DNA of 64,000 nt from Trichoplax adhaerens (Eukaryota > Animalia > Placozoa), in contig NW_002060944.1 of assembly GCF_000150275.1 (NCBI RefSeq), forward strand, positions 6,299,102 through 6,363,101, in the 5' to 3' direction. The translations under genes were made by a program, and so were the position numbers. Positions within the stretch are counted from its first letter, which is position 1; each line of letters opens with the position of its first letter. This document shows, one piece after another, positions 52,731-64,000 of the stretch. The notes below the pieces were generated by a model. That model made no database searches and was not told the DNA's origin. It was given only the letters and a program-made list of their open reading frames with translations.

Positions 52731-55700
52731 ATAGTAAGAAACCAGGAATAAACAACAAAGTTGCCGTACTTTAATACCATATTTTGGACTATAAAATCTT
52801 CATTATCATCATATTTAGATTTATAATCAATTAATCATGATCTGGTATTACCGTATTATGATTCATGAATTATTAAATCGCGATGAATCTATACCGTAAA
52901 CATAACATGCATCTTTGTAAATAGCGTATCTACTCGTATATCAATACATGCATGAAATTGTTTTAAACATGGAGAACTACAGTAGACGATCAAAGACTGA
53001 TTTTTTTTCTTTAGCTATTTCTGTTTAGATTAACTACACAGTGGAAATAATCATCTCTAGACTAGGACACTTACTGTAAGTGTATTTAAAATTATACCTT
53101 GGCCCTCGGAATACTATACGTATAGTATTCCATTGTCACTTCCACACATTAAATTGACCAAGTACCAGTGAGTAAGGTCTATTTTACAACTGTTATTGGT
53201 AGTAATGGCGCCATTTATACTACTATACAGTACTATGAGCTTAATTATAGTGTTGAGATAAATGAGTATCAGTATTAAGTTATTACCGTGCTCACTCTAT
53301 AGGAGTACTTGAACGATACTATGCTATCATTAGACAGAGTAAAATTGAAATCAATTGAAATCTATGTATCTTATTAGAGGTAAAGCGAGAAATGTCCCAG
53401 TGATGCAAACCCTTCCGTTCTATCAATAAAATGATTGTATATATATACTGTATACTGTACAATAGTATTGTTTAGTTTATACGTATATCCATATCACTGC
53501 ATGAAGTAGCTGTTAAAATGACTTGGTTATACCAATAGAATAGAAAGAAGTTCTAATTTGAACTATCAGTCTAATAGCACTATCATCGAATAATCTCGGA
53601 CACTTAAATCTTTTTGATCATGCGTAATGCATAGAAAGGAAATGAAAACAGTGGCCGACGACAAGGGGACATTGTCTAACTAGTAATCAAAGCACAATAT
53701 AATAATATACAGTCTACATATGTGCTTTCATTGCATATATTATATCTAAGCCTAGAAATTGATAAGTCTATATACATATATTGTAAATTACTAAACTATT
53801 GACTATTATAATACAACATAATATAGCTACGGATCACTTTCTTACCTAAATTTATGTTTGAGAAATAATTTTTTCAGTCTTTGGTAGGCCCTAGTCTTGA
53901 CTGCACGCTTAAGAGATAGGTTGGAATTTATTAAATGCCCGGATTATCCTACCATTTTATACGTTTAGATTTTGGTTATTGGTAACAACTAAGTAAATAA
54001 AAATAATAGGATAGAATCATAGCAACCAACTTCAACACTCTTACCACACGTCATCATTTCACATAATTGTAGGTATGTTGTGTATTTATGTCTGTAGCAA
54101 TTCGTTATTCAGAAGCGAGTCATTCATTGGCATGTAAATCAAATTATTAACATTATCCTATGGATTGAATAATAGATTAAAATACTTTTTGCTTGTTGTC
54201 ATAAGAATTGTAATATCATACATAGTAAAAAGTACACAGTCAAAATTTGGCAGTTAATTATGCTTTTAACAATACAAATGAATTAAAATAAGAGTTGTAC
54301 AATAAACGCTAACGTTGCATCGCAACCCATGGACTGTATATACTAAAATTGTTTACAACTACTCACATTTACCGTAATTTTAAGTTTTTGTTGTAAACAA
54401 ATTTACGAGCACTTCAAATTATTCCTGAAATACATGGATAATGATTTACAGTAATAATTCACAATGTAAATATAGCGTGTCATTCAAAAAGTAGATTTTA
54501 TCATGTATGCTCCAATAACTGCTATTTAGTAGTATATAAACTGTGTTACCTCTTATAGGGATAGAAATCCTTATCATTAACAAATTGTACCTATTACAAG
54601 AGATATAATAAGCGATTCCATTTCATCACTATACCAGTTGTAGTAATATGCATCTGTTGGGTCATTATGGGTTTTAACTATGGCTTTGACTTCAGCTAGA
54701 ATATGTTAATGAAATCGAATCAATCGTTTGTATACTGTACATAGTATATGAAAATTGAAATGTAAAATAGTGTATACACCGGAATATTGATTGACCTACA
54801 GTATATGCATGCTGATCTTTTTGTACAGGGTCTGTATGCTGACCACTTTAATTCATCATTAACATTTATCAACTGTAATGTAATCATTCTGCAGTTTTTA
54901 CCTATTAGTAATCGGAAATAGACTCATTCAATATCTATTTATACTACAATACAATTGTAAAGCGCTGTAGGATAATTTATATCCGTGTACAAATTATCTA
55001 TTTGACCTAGTCTACAATATTTGTCACTCAAGCGAAATGTACTCTTACGATTCTGTTCTTTAGCTTATGACAATTTTGTAGTATTTTAATTTCCTGATAA
55101 GTTTCTAATATTATCTACTTTAAAATTAGAATCTGACAAACTAAATATAGCCCTTAGTGTAATATTTCTTACTGGGAAGATTGCTGTCCGTATACAGATA
55201 TTATAAGGCATTATTTAAAAATATTTTTATTCTTATACGTATATTAAAATAGTCATATTGTATCAAAATTTCATAGTAAAATATACGTATTTGAATGCGT
55301 ATATAAATAAGTATATTGCATAAGATGCTAGGATATGACTTTTGCATATTCATGATCCTGGCGAGTGCCATACGCTTTGACCAAATACCCAACTCTCTAC
55401 GACGTCATAGAGAAGGTTTCCATGATAACCGCTTTCATAATAATGGTTTACGATAATCGTATAAAATGTATGTGCCTAAGGTATTATTAAGTAAAAACAC
55501 AAGGCAGAGATTAACATGTGGTGGTAAATTCAGCCCGTAACAATTATTAATAGTTAATTTCCATATGACGTCAATGGAGAAGAATATATTTGAGAGGATT
55601 CTTGCTAGTACGGTATACGCCTATTAGGTGCGGGTAATATCTTATACAGAAGTAATACAACCTTAATTATGTTCTGTAGCCACAATAGTTAATAAAAACA

Positions 55701-56188
55701 TAATTATATGGTGCATGCCATTATTATTAATTTCTTCGATTACATCAGCACTTTATTTTCGTTATATACCAGAATGAATCTATAGTAATCTGAATAGAGT
55801 CTTAGGTAAAGGGACTCAGTTAATACAGTATATTACTCATGTTGTTGAGTTGTCGAATAATGAAAAGAATATGTTGTAGTCAAATAAACAACAATATTAT
55901 ATTTACCAAGTACAATGTCATTACTGACGTTGTATTTCTGTAATTATTGTATTCCGGAAAAAAGATCAAAGTAAAAAGATGATACGGTCGGCGCTATGCA
56001 TGCATCATATATGTTCTTTAAAAAATTCTAGGAACCGTGAGCTGGTTTATTACTGTAATATCGAAGTTAAATAGAAACATAAGGAAAATATTTAAATGTT
56101 TACTGTTGGTAGGTTGAACAAAAGTGCCTCGGTAATTAATTAATGAATTTCATAGACTTAGAGTAATTGACCTTATAATCATCTCATC

Positions 56189-56500
56189 ATAATGATATTA
56201 GTTAAATATTGTTCAGAACATCCAATCCTCGCTTACAGTCTTTATAGCTAAATATTATGAAGAATTTTGTATGGGGTCCCATTTCCTTTAATAATCTAAA
56301 GTAATCACTATTTTCTGAACATCTAATTCTTATCAATAGACTTTGTAGCTAAATGATATAAAAAAAACTCCGTATACGATTCCACGTTTTGCAATAATCT
56401 AAAGTAAGCACTATTTTCAGAACATCAAATGCTTACCAATAGTCTTTGCAACTAAGTATTATGTAAAATTTCGTATATAGTTCTATTTCCTGCAATAATT
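56189..56500. repeat. Tandem repeat, ~102-bp unit, about 3 diverged copies
   Basis: aataatctaaagtaa(t/g)cactattttc(t/a)gaacatc at 56290 and 56393; the next unit start aataatt is at 56494. A more degenerate first copy contains cagaacatccaat...gtctttatagctaaatattatg. Confidence 0.85.
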
Positions 56501-58056
56501 TAGCAAACGGCGGGTAGTTTGTAATCGTATACCTATGATATTTTATACGAGCATTTACTTTTGGGCTTCACGTACTACGACTAGGCTTTGAATTGTCAAA
56601 TTTTGAGTTTAACCTTATTTTAATGAAATCCTTCAAATGAAGCATGAAGATCGTTGCTAAATTTAACAGTAAGATAAGCCTTAACTCTTAGAAGTTTCTG
56701 TCATCAAATTTTTTACGGCCAAAAAACTAACGTAAGGCTTTTTCGAGGCTAAACATTATTTAAAAATCTTTTAGCATCGATTACAGTACCACCATTTCGC
56801 TTCTAGACCATCGCATCGATTAATATAGATAAGTGGTTTACGGGTGAAAAATTGAAGATTTAAAAATATCGGGAGCTACACATTGTCATCCAATTACTAT
56901 CTGCATCGTTTATATAATTTGATTCTGCCACGTAAATTTGAATACTGTACTATTAAAACAATTTAAGCATAATATATATATATGAGTACAAATATGCAAT
57001 AAAGTGTTTCCCTTACGAAACTATGTTACAAACTCGTTAAGCCTATGCATTCCATTGATACAATATCATCTATAATATATCATGAGCGCAAAATATAGGG
57101 AGATAATATATTCGTATGTTATTTCGAATTTGATGTAGTTAAAAACTATTGCTTAAGGATCTATTCTCCTATCTTGTGGTGTTAAAGATTTATCGAAGAT
57201 CAGTAGCAGGTCATAGTTTACCCGTATTACCGTAAATAACTATCAAGCCGTCGCACTTTTAAGCCTCAAACATCTATACTTGTAAAGGAATACTATATGA
57301 ATGGGTCTTTGTTACAGGCACAATAACAATTTTTATTGTTGATTGATAAATTATATGCTTGTCCACAAATACGTTGCGAACTCACTGTACATATTAGATT
57401 TCAGTATTCAAGACTGAATTTAGATTGGTACACGTTTTATTTTCAGCAAAATTTAACATGTTCTCAACATGTCATACTCCGCTATCTAAGTTAAAAATTT
57501 AAAGAAAGTTATACCACCTCGAACGAGTGATATCATTTATCAATTACTTAATCAGATTTAAACAAAGCCTTATTGAAATATATTTATGCCGCCATTGATG
57601 TTACATAAAAGTCCATTTTGAATAAATAATAGCATCATTCATCTAAATATTATAAAACTTATAAAGGATTATGTGGTAATACTGTATACCATTGCGTATC
57701 AGACATCATTATATTACAACTAAAATTAATGTAATCGCCAAAGAATTATATAATTTGATACAATCCTTTACTCTCCCTTAGACGATTTTGTATTAAGCGC
57801 TGTACTGATTAAACTGTTCATGAAAGTCTATCTAAGGCTCAATATTTCCTGCATTGGATGCGTTAATGAGTGTTTTTATCGTAAATGATTTCTGTAAATC
57901 GGGAATCTTGTAAGTATCCTACAATCGTAAAACAAATATATTATCAAGCGTCCTATGAATAATTTTAACTTGATGACCTTACTCATTAATACATCATCAG
58001 CCCAGGAATTAATATCATTATAATTATTAATATATCTAGAATTACGGTGTATATCG

Positions 58057-58106
58057 NNNNNNNNNNNNNNNNNNNNNNNNNNNNNNNNNNNNNNNNNNNN
58101 NNNNNN
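58057..58106. other. Assembly gap (50 N)
   Basis: Run of n in the sequence; both flanks carry atatcg at the junction. Confidence 0.99.
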
Positions 58107-58109
58107 ATA

Positions 58110-58580
58110 TCGTATGTCACCATCCAACTACGAAATCCAGTGAATTCGCGAAATGCCTAGTCAGTTTGCAAAATGCCATGCATCTTGTATTATTAACCGA
58201 TACAAATGCTTTAAGGCTAACGTTAAGTCAAAAACTAAATGTTATAATCAGAGAACTTGTAAAAATGAATAATAATTTTCATAATCAGAACATTATCAAT
58301 TCAATAATAACTATATAATTGATAATAGTATCTCTAAATGTTTGGCAATTACTTCAGTAATTGCAAGTTACATACTTGTATGTATTGATTATCTAAATCA
58401 GTTTATTATTATTATAATCATCAAAGAAATATAGATTCTCTGTTTTTTTAGTAACATTACTGCATGAATAAAGATAGTTTCTCTGATTTATGTGTTTTGA
58501 TATTTTTGCAGTTTGCGAACTGACTAGGCATTTTGCAAATATACTGAACTTCGTACTCAAACGGATACAGTGACACTATT
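58110..58580. mobile_element. Foldback / MITE-like element with imperfect terminal inverted repeats of ~50-70 bp
   Basis: tacgaaatccagtgaattcgcgaaatgcctagtcagtttgcaaaatgc (~58129-58176) versus the reverse complement of ~58506-58554 (tacgaagttcagtatatttgcaaaatgcctagtcagttcgcaaactgc). An inner pair aatcagaga / tctctgatt also matches. No ORF; no target-site duplication resolved. Confidence 0.6.
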
Positions 58581-60699
58581 ATCTGTTGAATATCGGCAAA
58601 ATTTTATCCACTTATTAATATTAGTATCTTTAAAATTTTGTAGTTATTCGGTTATGTTATACCATATAGCGAAAATCTTTATTGAAAAACACTATATCTT
58701 ACATGGACCATGCTTTCACTTCAGATTCTATTTAAGCCTGAATATATGCTATAGCCCAAAATTTCATCTACTAGATATTTATTTTTTGATTGGCACTTGG
58801 GTTTTATCCGTATCTTTAAAGCATTTTAAACATTTAATATTTTCAGATGTACGCATATATAATTGAGTGTTGTTACTGATCTTATATTCTCTGCAATAAC
58901 AAAGATCATTATAACTACTATCATATTTCGGTACATGTTTACGTATCTATTTCTGTCAGGCGAAATTAATTGATAAGTTCTATTATCAATATCAGGGTGG
59001 ATTTATACAGTGACATAAAAGTACATATTCTGTCACTAACATCATAAGATACCATTATTACATATATATTATCAATATTAATGATATATAACTGTACATA
59101 TACTTATTTATTTCTAGTTGATACTGAAATGTGGTTGCGATGCTTCTTGCCTTCTCTAACGTTGCGTTATGGCTATTTAAAATATCTTCATAAATCTATA
59201 GTAATACAAGCAATATTCAACTGATATTCCTTATCTCGTAAATAGCAAGATAGTAATTGATTCTAGGATTGGAACGTACGTAACAATAAGTAGTACTATT
59301 TTAACTGGCTTTGTAATACCCCTTATAAAACTCTTGATAATAGCAATACTCATATATATCTTTTAGCAGATATTTTCATTTTGGTTATATTACTAGAAAT
59401 ACGTACGATACGTTGTATTTCCATAATTTACTATTCTATTAAAGCTTGGTATTAGCCAATTCAAGCTAGAGATATTAACAGTTCCGTCATCTTGTACATA
59501 ATGCGATATATTTCTAAACAGCAGTAACGAAAGTTTGTAGCATTGTATTATTTCTTCAATTACAATAAGTTATGGTGATAAAAGCGTTTAAAAATATTTT
59601 AACAAGAATTGTACTTACAGTACTTGTAAACTTACGTTATTACATACTAGTAAATTGATTCGTCTATTAGAGTATAAATTATTATCTACTTTTAATCTAA
59701 AATTGTCTAACTACTTATTACATCAGAATTTGCGATTTACATGCAGTGCTTACAGATCTATTTTTAGTAATATCATCACATTTTGACAATTAAGCCGCAA
59801 TATCAGAACTAAATTTTACTATTGTACGATCTATAAATAACTAGTGCTTTCAATTAAAGTATCATAGTAAATTTAGAATCTAATCCGTAATTTTATCACA
59901 ATACTAAATTACTTAGGTGTCTATTAATGTTTCAAAGCCTAGTTTATGTATCGTTGTGAGGGGGCTACTATTATAAGTATTATGGTTATCATTTACAAAT
60001 GTAAACTTGCGTAATTTTAGAATCTGACGTACAATTTGAAGTCCTATATTATCGCACAACCTCATAACGTTAGTCTTAAGCTAATTTTGAAGACTACACT
60101 ACAGTTATTCATTACCTAATTTAGTATATCATTCTTTATAATAAATACATTATAAATCAAATTTCTTTGTAATAGCTAATAACTCGTCACAATCCTTGCG
60201 CTATATCTTTTACACTATCTTCTTCTACAACAGATGTATTCTAGATATCTTTTGCCATAGGAATGTGTGCATACGCATATTTCAAATGTAATTTAACATT
60301 TTACGGTAAGTGAACGTGGTAGGGGTGGGGTGTCTTATAAAAATCTTAGTTCTTATCTGTTTTATATACTGTAATACTCGTATAAGAATTTAAATTAGAA
60401 TCCTTGATTCGATTTTACTGTATTTGTTTGAGCTGAAAACTATTAATAGTAATTCAGATTTGAGAACATGTTGAAAATGACAACAAATAATATATAGAAT
60501 TAGTAACATCAGAGAATTCAGTGTAATAGTTCAATACAAGTATCTATTTTGGAAATCTTAGGGTGAATTATTTAAAACTGTGATCATATGGTATTCGCTA
60601 TTTATGTAGTTGTAATAGTAACATGATCACAATACTAGTCATTTCACTTGTAAGCCATGTAAGAGGTAAGAGAAACCACTCTTCACGTTTACTCGTATG

Positions 60700-61530
60700 C
60701 GAACATCTTAACTTGTTTCTACGATTATAGGTAAGGTTAAATCGATTAAATAAATGATGGTGTTAAAACCTATTTCATTAAAGTATTCAATTTTCAAAGG
60801 GTTACGGGGAATAATTAAGGGCACAAAGATGAGTAAAGTACAATTTGATAAGCTATTTGATCTCGACGCCGGAATACCATTTGATATCTACTTTTAAGGA
60901 TGATTTCCTCGTTTTCTGATAACTTATGAAATAAAGATGACAATTTTGCATACAAAGCACACAAGTTTTTTTACAATACGATACTGTAGTGAAATAAGCT
61001 TTGAGTTATCAACTCTTATCCCTAGCCATTTCAAGCCCTTGTTATTATTAGAAGCTGTTATGAAAGTTAAGGCAGTACTAAATTATTTATGGTAGTAACA
61101 AACTGTCTGCTTCTGAACTTGTAAACCTATAGTAGTTAAATCCAGATAGAGAATTATATTGTGAGACTGTGGTGCCATGGATTATCCATAGGTTTCGTAA
61201 TCTATAATAATGCACCACATCAGTTATACAAGCTTATATTCTACGGTACTTGAATGGCATTACATTATCAAATTATAAGAACCATCTGTTCTAGGTGCTT
61301 CTATAAATTCCAGCTATAGCATAAAAGCTACAACAATAAATATTAGAGAACGCTCTTTGTAAATCTATTATAAACCACATTCAATACTAAGAATCTATTA
61401 TTTTCAACTTTTAATGTAGCTAATAGTAATTCAAGTGCAGTACTATCGATACTCATTTCGTGTTTAATATTTATTACATTCGATAAAACTAAAATTTTGT
61501 ATTGATTACGTTGAAAATTTATGGCCATAA
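60700..61530 (-). pseudogene. Possible decayed LRR-coding relic
   Basis: Minus-strand peptides YKILVLSNVIN, LATLKVENNRFLVL (ORF 61343..61528), RLRNLWIIHG and LYLDL, with stops between them. Confidence 0.3.
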
Positions 61531-62210
61531 ATACCTTGAAACTTAGTTATTGATCATACGTACATGCGTATTTAATTGAATCACCTGCCAGGTAATTTTA
61601 GTATCGCTTATCACGAATTAGAGCTACTTTATTAATGCTTTAAGAAAGATAGTTTAAAAATTTAGGTAACCCTAACTACAACATCTACAGTATATCAAAT
61701 ATTTAGATATACGCGTATAAGAAACAAGTCACAAAGTAACATTTACCGCATGGTAGTAAGTGTAGAAACACTCTTTAGCAGTAATACTTTAATCAAGTTG
61801 TTACTACTTGAGATGAAGTCTGCAATACCATTGCTTCATAACTTGAAGCACTAGCTACTATATCTAGAAAACTTCAAGACAATATTATTAAAGCGAGAGT
61901 ATCACCATAATTTATCACCGGACGCCCGATAAACTTATTACTCACTCGAAATTTACTCCCTGTATTACATAGCCTTGGCTATTAGGTAATACTTTATGGG
62001 AAACATAACTCACGCAGAGCGCGATGACTTTAAAATCTAAAATTCGTAAATAAACGTTACGTAATAGTCAACAAGTACTATAGTTGCAGTTAACTACTGC
62101 AAGGAAATACCCAGAATTTGTCTCATTGAAATATTGCAATCCCTATGATTACATAAGAATCCGTCAGAGATTATCAAGTTTCAGTAAAATATTAGACTGG
62201 CAATGTAGTA

Positions 62211-63212
62211 CTAATTCGTGGCATTTCTATGTATTATTTTATGCTTAGTTAAAGCTCCCGACTGAGTAAATGATTTACCGCACACTAAACACTTATACGG
62301 CTTCTCTCCGGAATGAATTCGTTCATGTTTTCTTAGTTGACTGGAGTCTGTAAATCGTTTACCGCAATCAGAACATGAATACGGCTTTTCACCTGAGTGT
62401 ATCCTATAATGCTTTTTCAGGTCATTGGCTTGCACGAATCTTTTGTTGCAAACATCACATTTATGTCTCAGATCTCCAGTATGAATTCTTCTATGGATAG
62501 TCAAATGATAAGGTTGGGTGAAAGCTTTTGTGCAAATATCACACTTGTAAGGTCTTTCACCAGTATGAATCCTCATATGACGAGTTAGGCAGTGATAACG
62601 ATCAAAAGCTTTATTGCAGATTTTACAATAATGAGTTCCAGTAATATTAGTACCAGAACTACGGGTACCAAGGCGTTTGGTAATACTATCGTCTGACCAT
62701 GTTTTGTCGTTTACAGGCTTGTCATTGTCAGAAATTTTTGTAGCAGTCACCGGTTGGATAACTGGCGAAGCAGTTTCTTTATGATGTTCAACAGGGTTCA
62801 CGGGATTGGCAATAATGGCACCTGGTGACGCAGGCATGTACATTCGATTGCAAAAGAGGTAGTCAAACGGTAAACAACCAAAATATCCTGACATACCTAA
62901 CTTGAAATTAACACCAAAGGTATTCATTAACGGCTGGATGGCAAAATTCTTTTGAGGATATTGGTGGCAAAGATTACCACCTCCTTGATATTTTATCAGT
63001 GTTTTATCGTGAACACTACCCAAATTATGAAGGATTCGATCGACAGAAAATGGCAATGGACTAACTGCTTTACTAGCATCTGATTTAACCGCTACGTGAT
63101 TGGGTTTACCGGTGCTTTCCAAGCCATCTCGATAGTGAGAGTTCTCATGAAGAGCTCCGATTGCCGCATTATAATTGCTGAGAAAAGTGGGTCCCATGTA
63201 ACTTCCTGCCAT
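62211..63212 (-). CDS. Zinc-finger gene D: 333 aa; eh1 motif near the N terminus and five C2H2 fingers. It lacks the helical domain of A/B/C in this ORF, and the 5' end may be spliced
   Basis: PLPFSVDRIL (eh1, 63050-63030). Five fingers collinear with gene A (RYHCLTRH, QPYHLTIH, QANDLKKH, DSSQLRKH, QSGALTKH). Confidence 0.9.
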   Translation of the reverse strand: MAGSYMGPTFLSNYNAAIGALHENSHYRDGLESTGKPNHVAVKSDASKAVSPLPFSVDRILHNLGSVHDKTLIKYQGGGNLCHQYPQKNFAIQPLMNTFGVNFKLGMSGYFGCLPFDYLFCNRMYMPASPGAIIANPVNPVEHHKETASPVIQPVTATKISDNDKPVNDKTWSDDSITKRLGTRSSGTNITGTHYCKICNKAFDRYHCLTRHMRIHTGERPYKCDICTKAFTQPYHLTIHRRIHTGDLRHKCDVCNKRFVQANDLKKHYRIHSGEKPYSCSDCGKRFTDSSQLRKHERIHSGEKPYKCLVCGKSFTQSGALTKHKIIHRNATN

Positions 63213-64000
63213 TTCATAAAGTGCCCATACAGTTACTTACAATGAAAATGATTTGATATATGCGTCGGCTCTTTTACCTTTGAAAGATCTACCAGTAGCT
63301 GCAAGTAATAATAAATGATTGTCACTTTGACGTTCGTTTTAGCTTTTTGAACTGATCTTGAACCAACGGTAATACTTTTAAAAAGGTCAAGCTTCACGAT
63401 GGGCGATGTAGTAAAGAGAAGGATAGATTCTATTACCAACTTGGATTCGTTTATTAGCTAATTACATAAAATTACGCAAGATATATGTTCCAGTGGACGG
63501 AAGGCAAAGTCGTGAGTCAGACGATTTGTAATCCGTTACGATTGTATCGTTTCGTTTCTTACGAATCGCTGATGTTCAGAGGCGTACTTATTTTGTTTTT
63601 ACGTGTCGAGTATCGAATCTACAGTAAGTACAAACAAAATATGTTTTAAAATATACATCTTTTATATTTGAAATAGTGAAATTAAGAAACAATGTGATAA
63701 AAAATAAGCCTATGGTACATACAGTATAAACAAAGTGGGATCATCAAGATGTTAATTGAATGGTATACCGTATGTACTGTACATACGCGTATATTACAGA
63801 TTAAACTGCAAAAATATTGAAGTTCCCTATATTCTTGGTACAGTATAGAATACATAGATTCAATTCCTCGGTATACAGTAGTAGTATTATTTGAGTAATT
63901 TAGCGCTCTATTTGACAGTCAAGTGTAAAAAGTTTGCTTCCTTCAAGCTACTTTACTAACTGTAAATCTATTTCAAATCATAGTTTATAAAAGCGCAAAA

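Noticed and set aside
56189-56500. Regularly spaced repeats as a CRISPR-like array
   Set aside because: The whole unit is repeated with no unique spacers, the context is eukaryotic, and there are no cas genes.
57876-58127. ORF spanning the N run
   Set aside because: Artefact of the assembly gap.
62211-63212. Naming gene D as Fez/Fezf or Odd-skipped
   Set aside because: The eh1 context (PLPFSVDRIL) is Fez-like, but the finger number and recognition helices differ from those families as I recall them. No symbol can be assigned without a phylogeny.

Overview
AT-rich eukaryotic (animal) genomic DNA with short GT-AG introns. The compact gene structure and gene content suggest a placozoan such as Trichoplax, but that is inference and cannot be confirmed from this window. 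The first ~8 kb is gene-dense: the 3' part of a PDXDC1 orthologue, then a complete 9-exon coilin gene, followed by a decayed intron-containing FKBP pseudogene. From ~21 kb onward there is a cluster of four paralogous C2H2 zinc-finger genes whose coding sequence is essentially intronless. They are arranged in mirror order (5 fingers +, 2 fingers +, 2 fingers -, 5 fingers -) and separated by 10-14 kb spacers. All four carry an eh1-type Groucho/TLE motif (FSVxx[IL]L) and near-identical recognition helices. Three also share a ~120-aa N-terminal helical domain that I do not recognise as KRAB, SCAN, ZAD or BTB. The two inner genes stop a few codons after finger 2. The spacers hold decayed LRR/7TM (LGR-like GPCR) and TPR relics, dense CAGTA/TACTG arrays upstream of the inner genes, telomere-type hexamers, foldback elements and local tandem repeats. 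There is one 50-N assembly gap. All gene models were built by eye; no database searches were possible.
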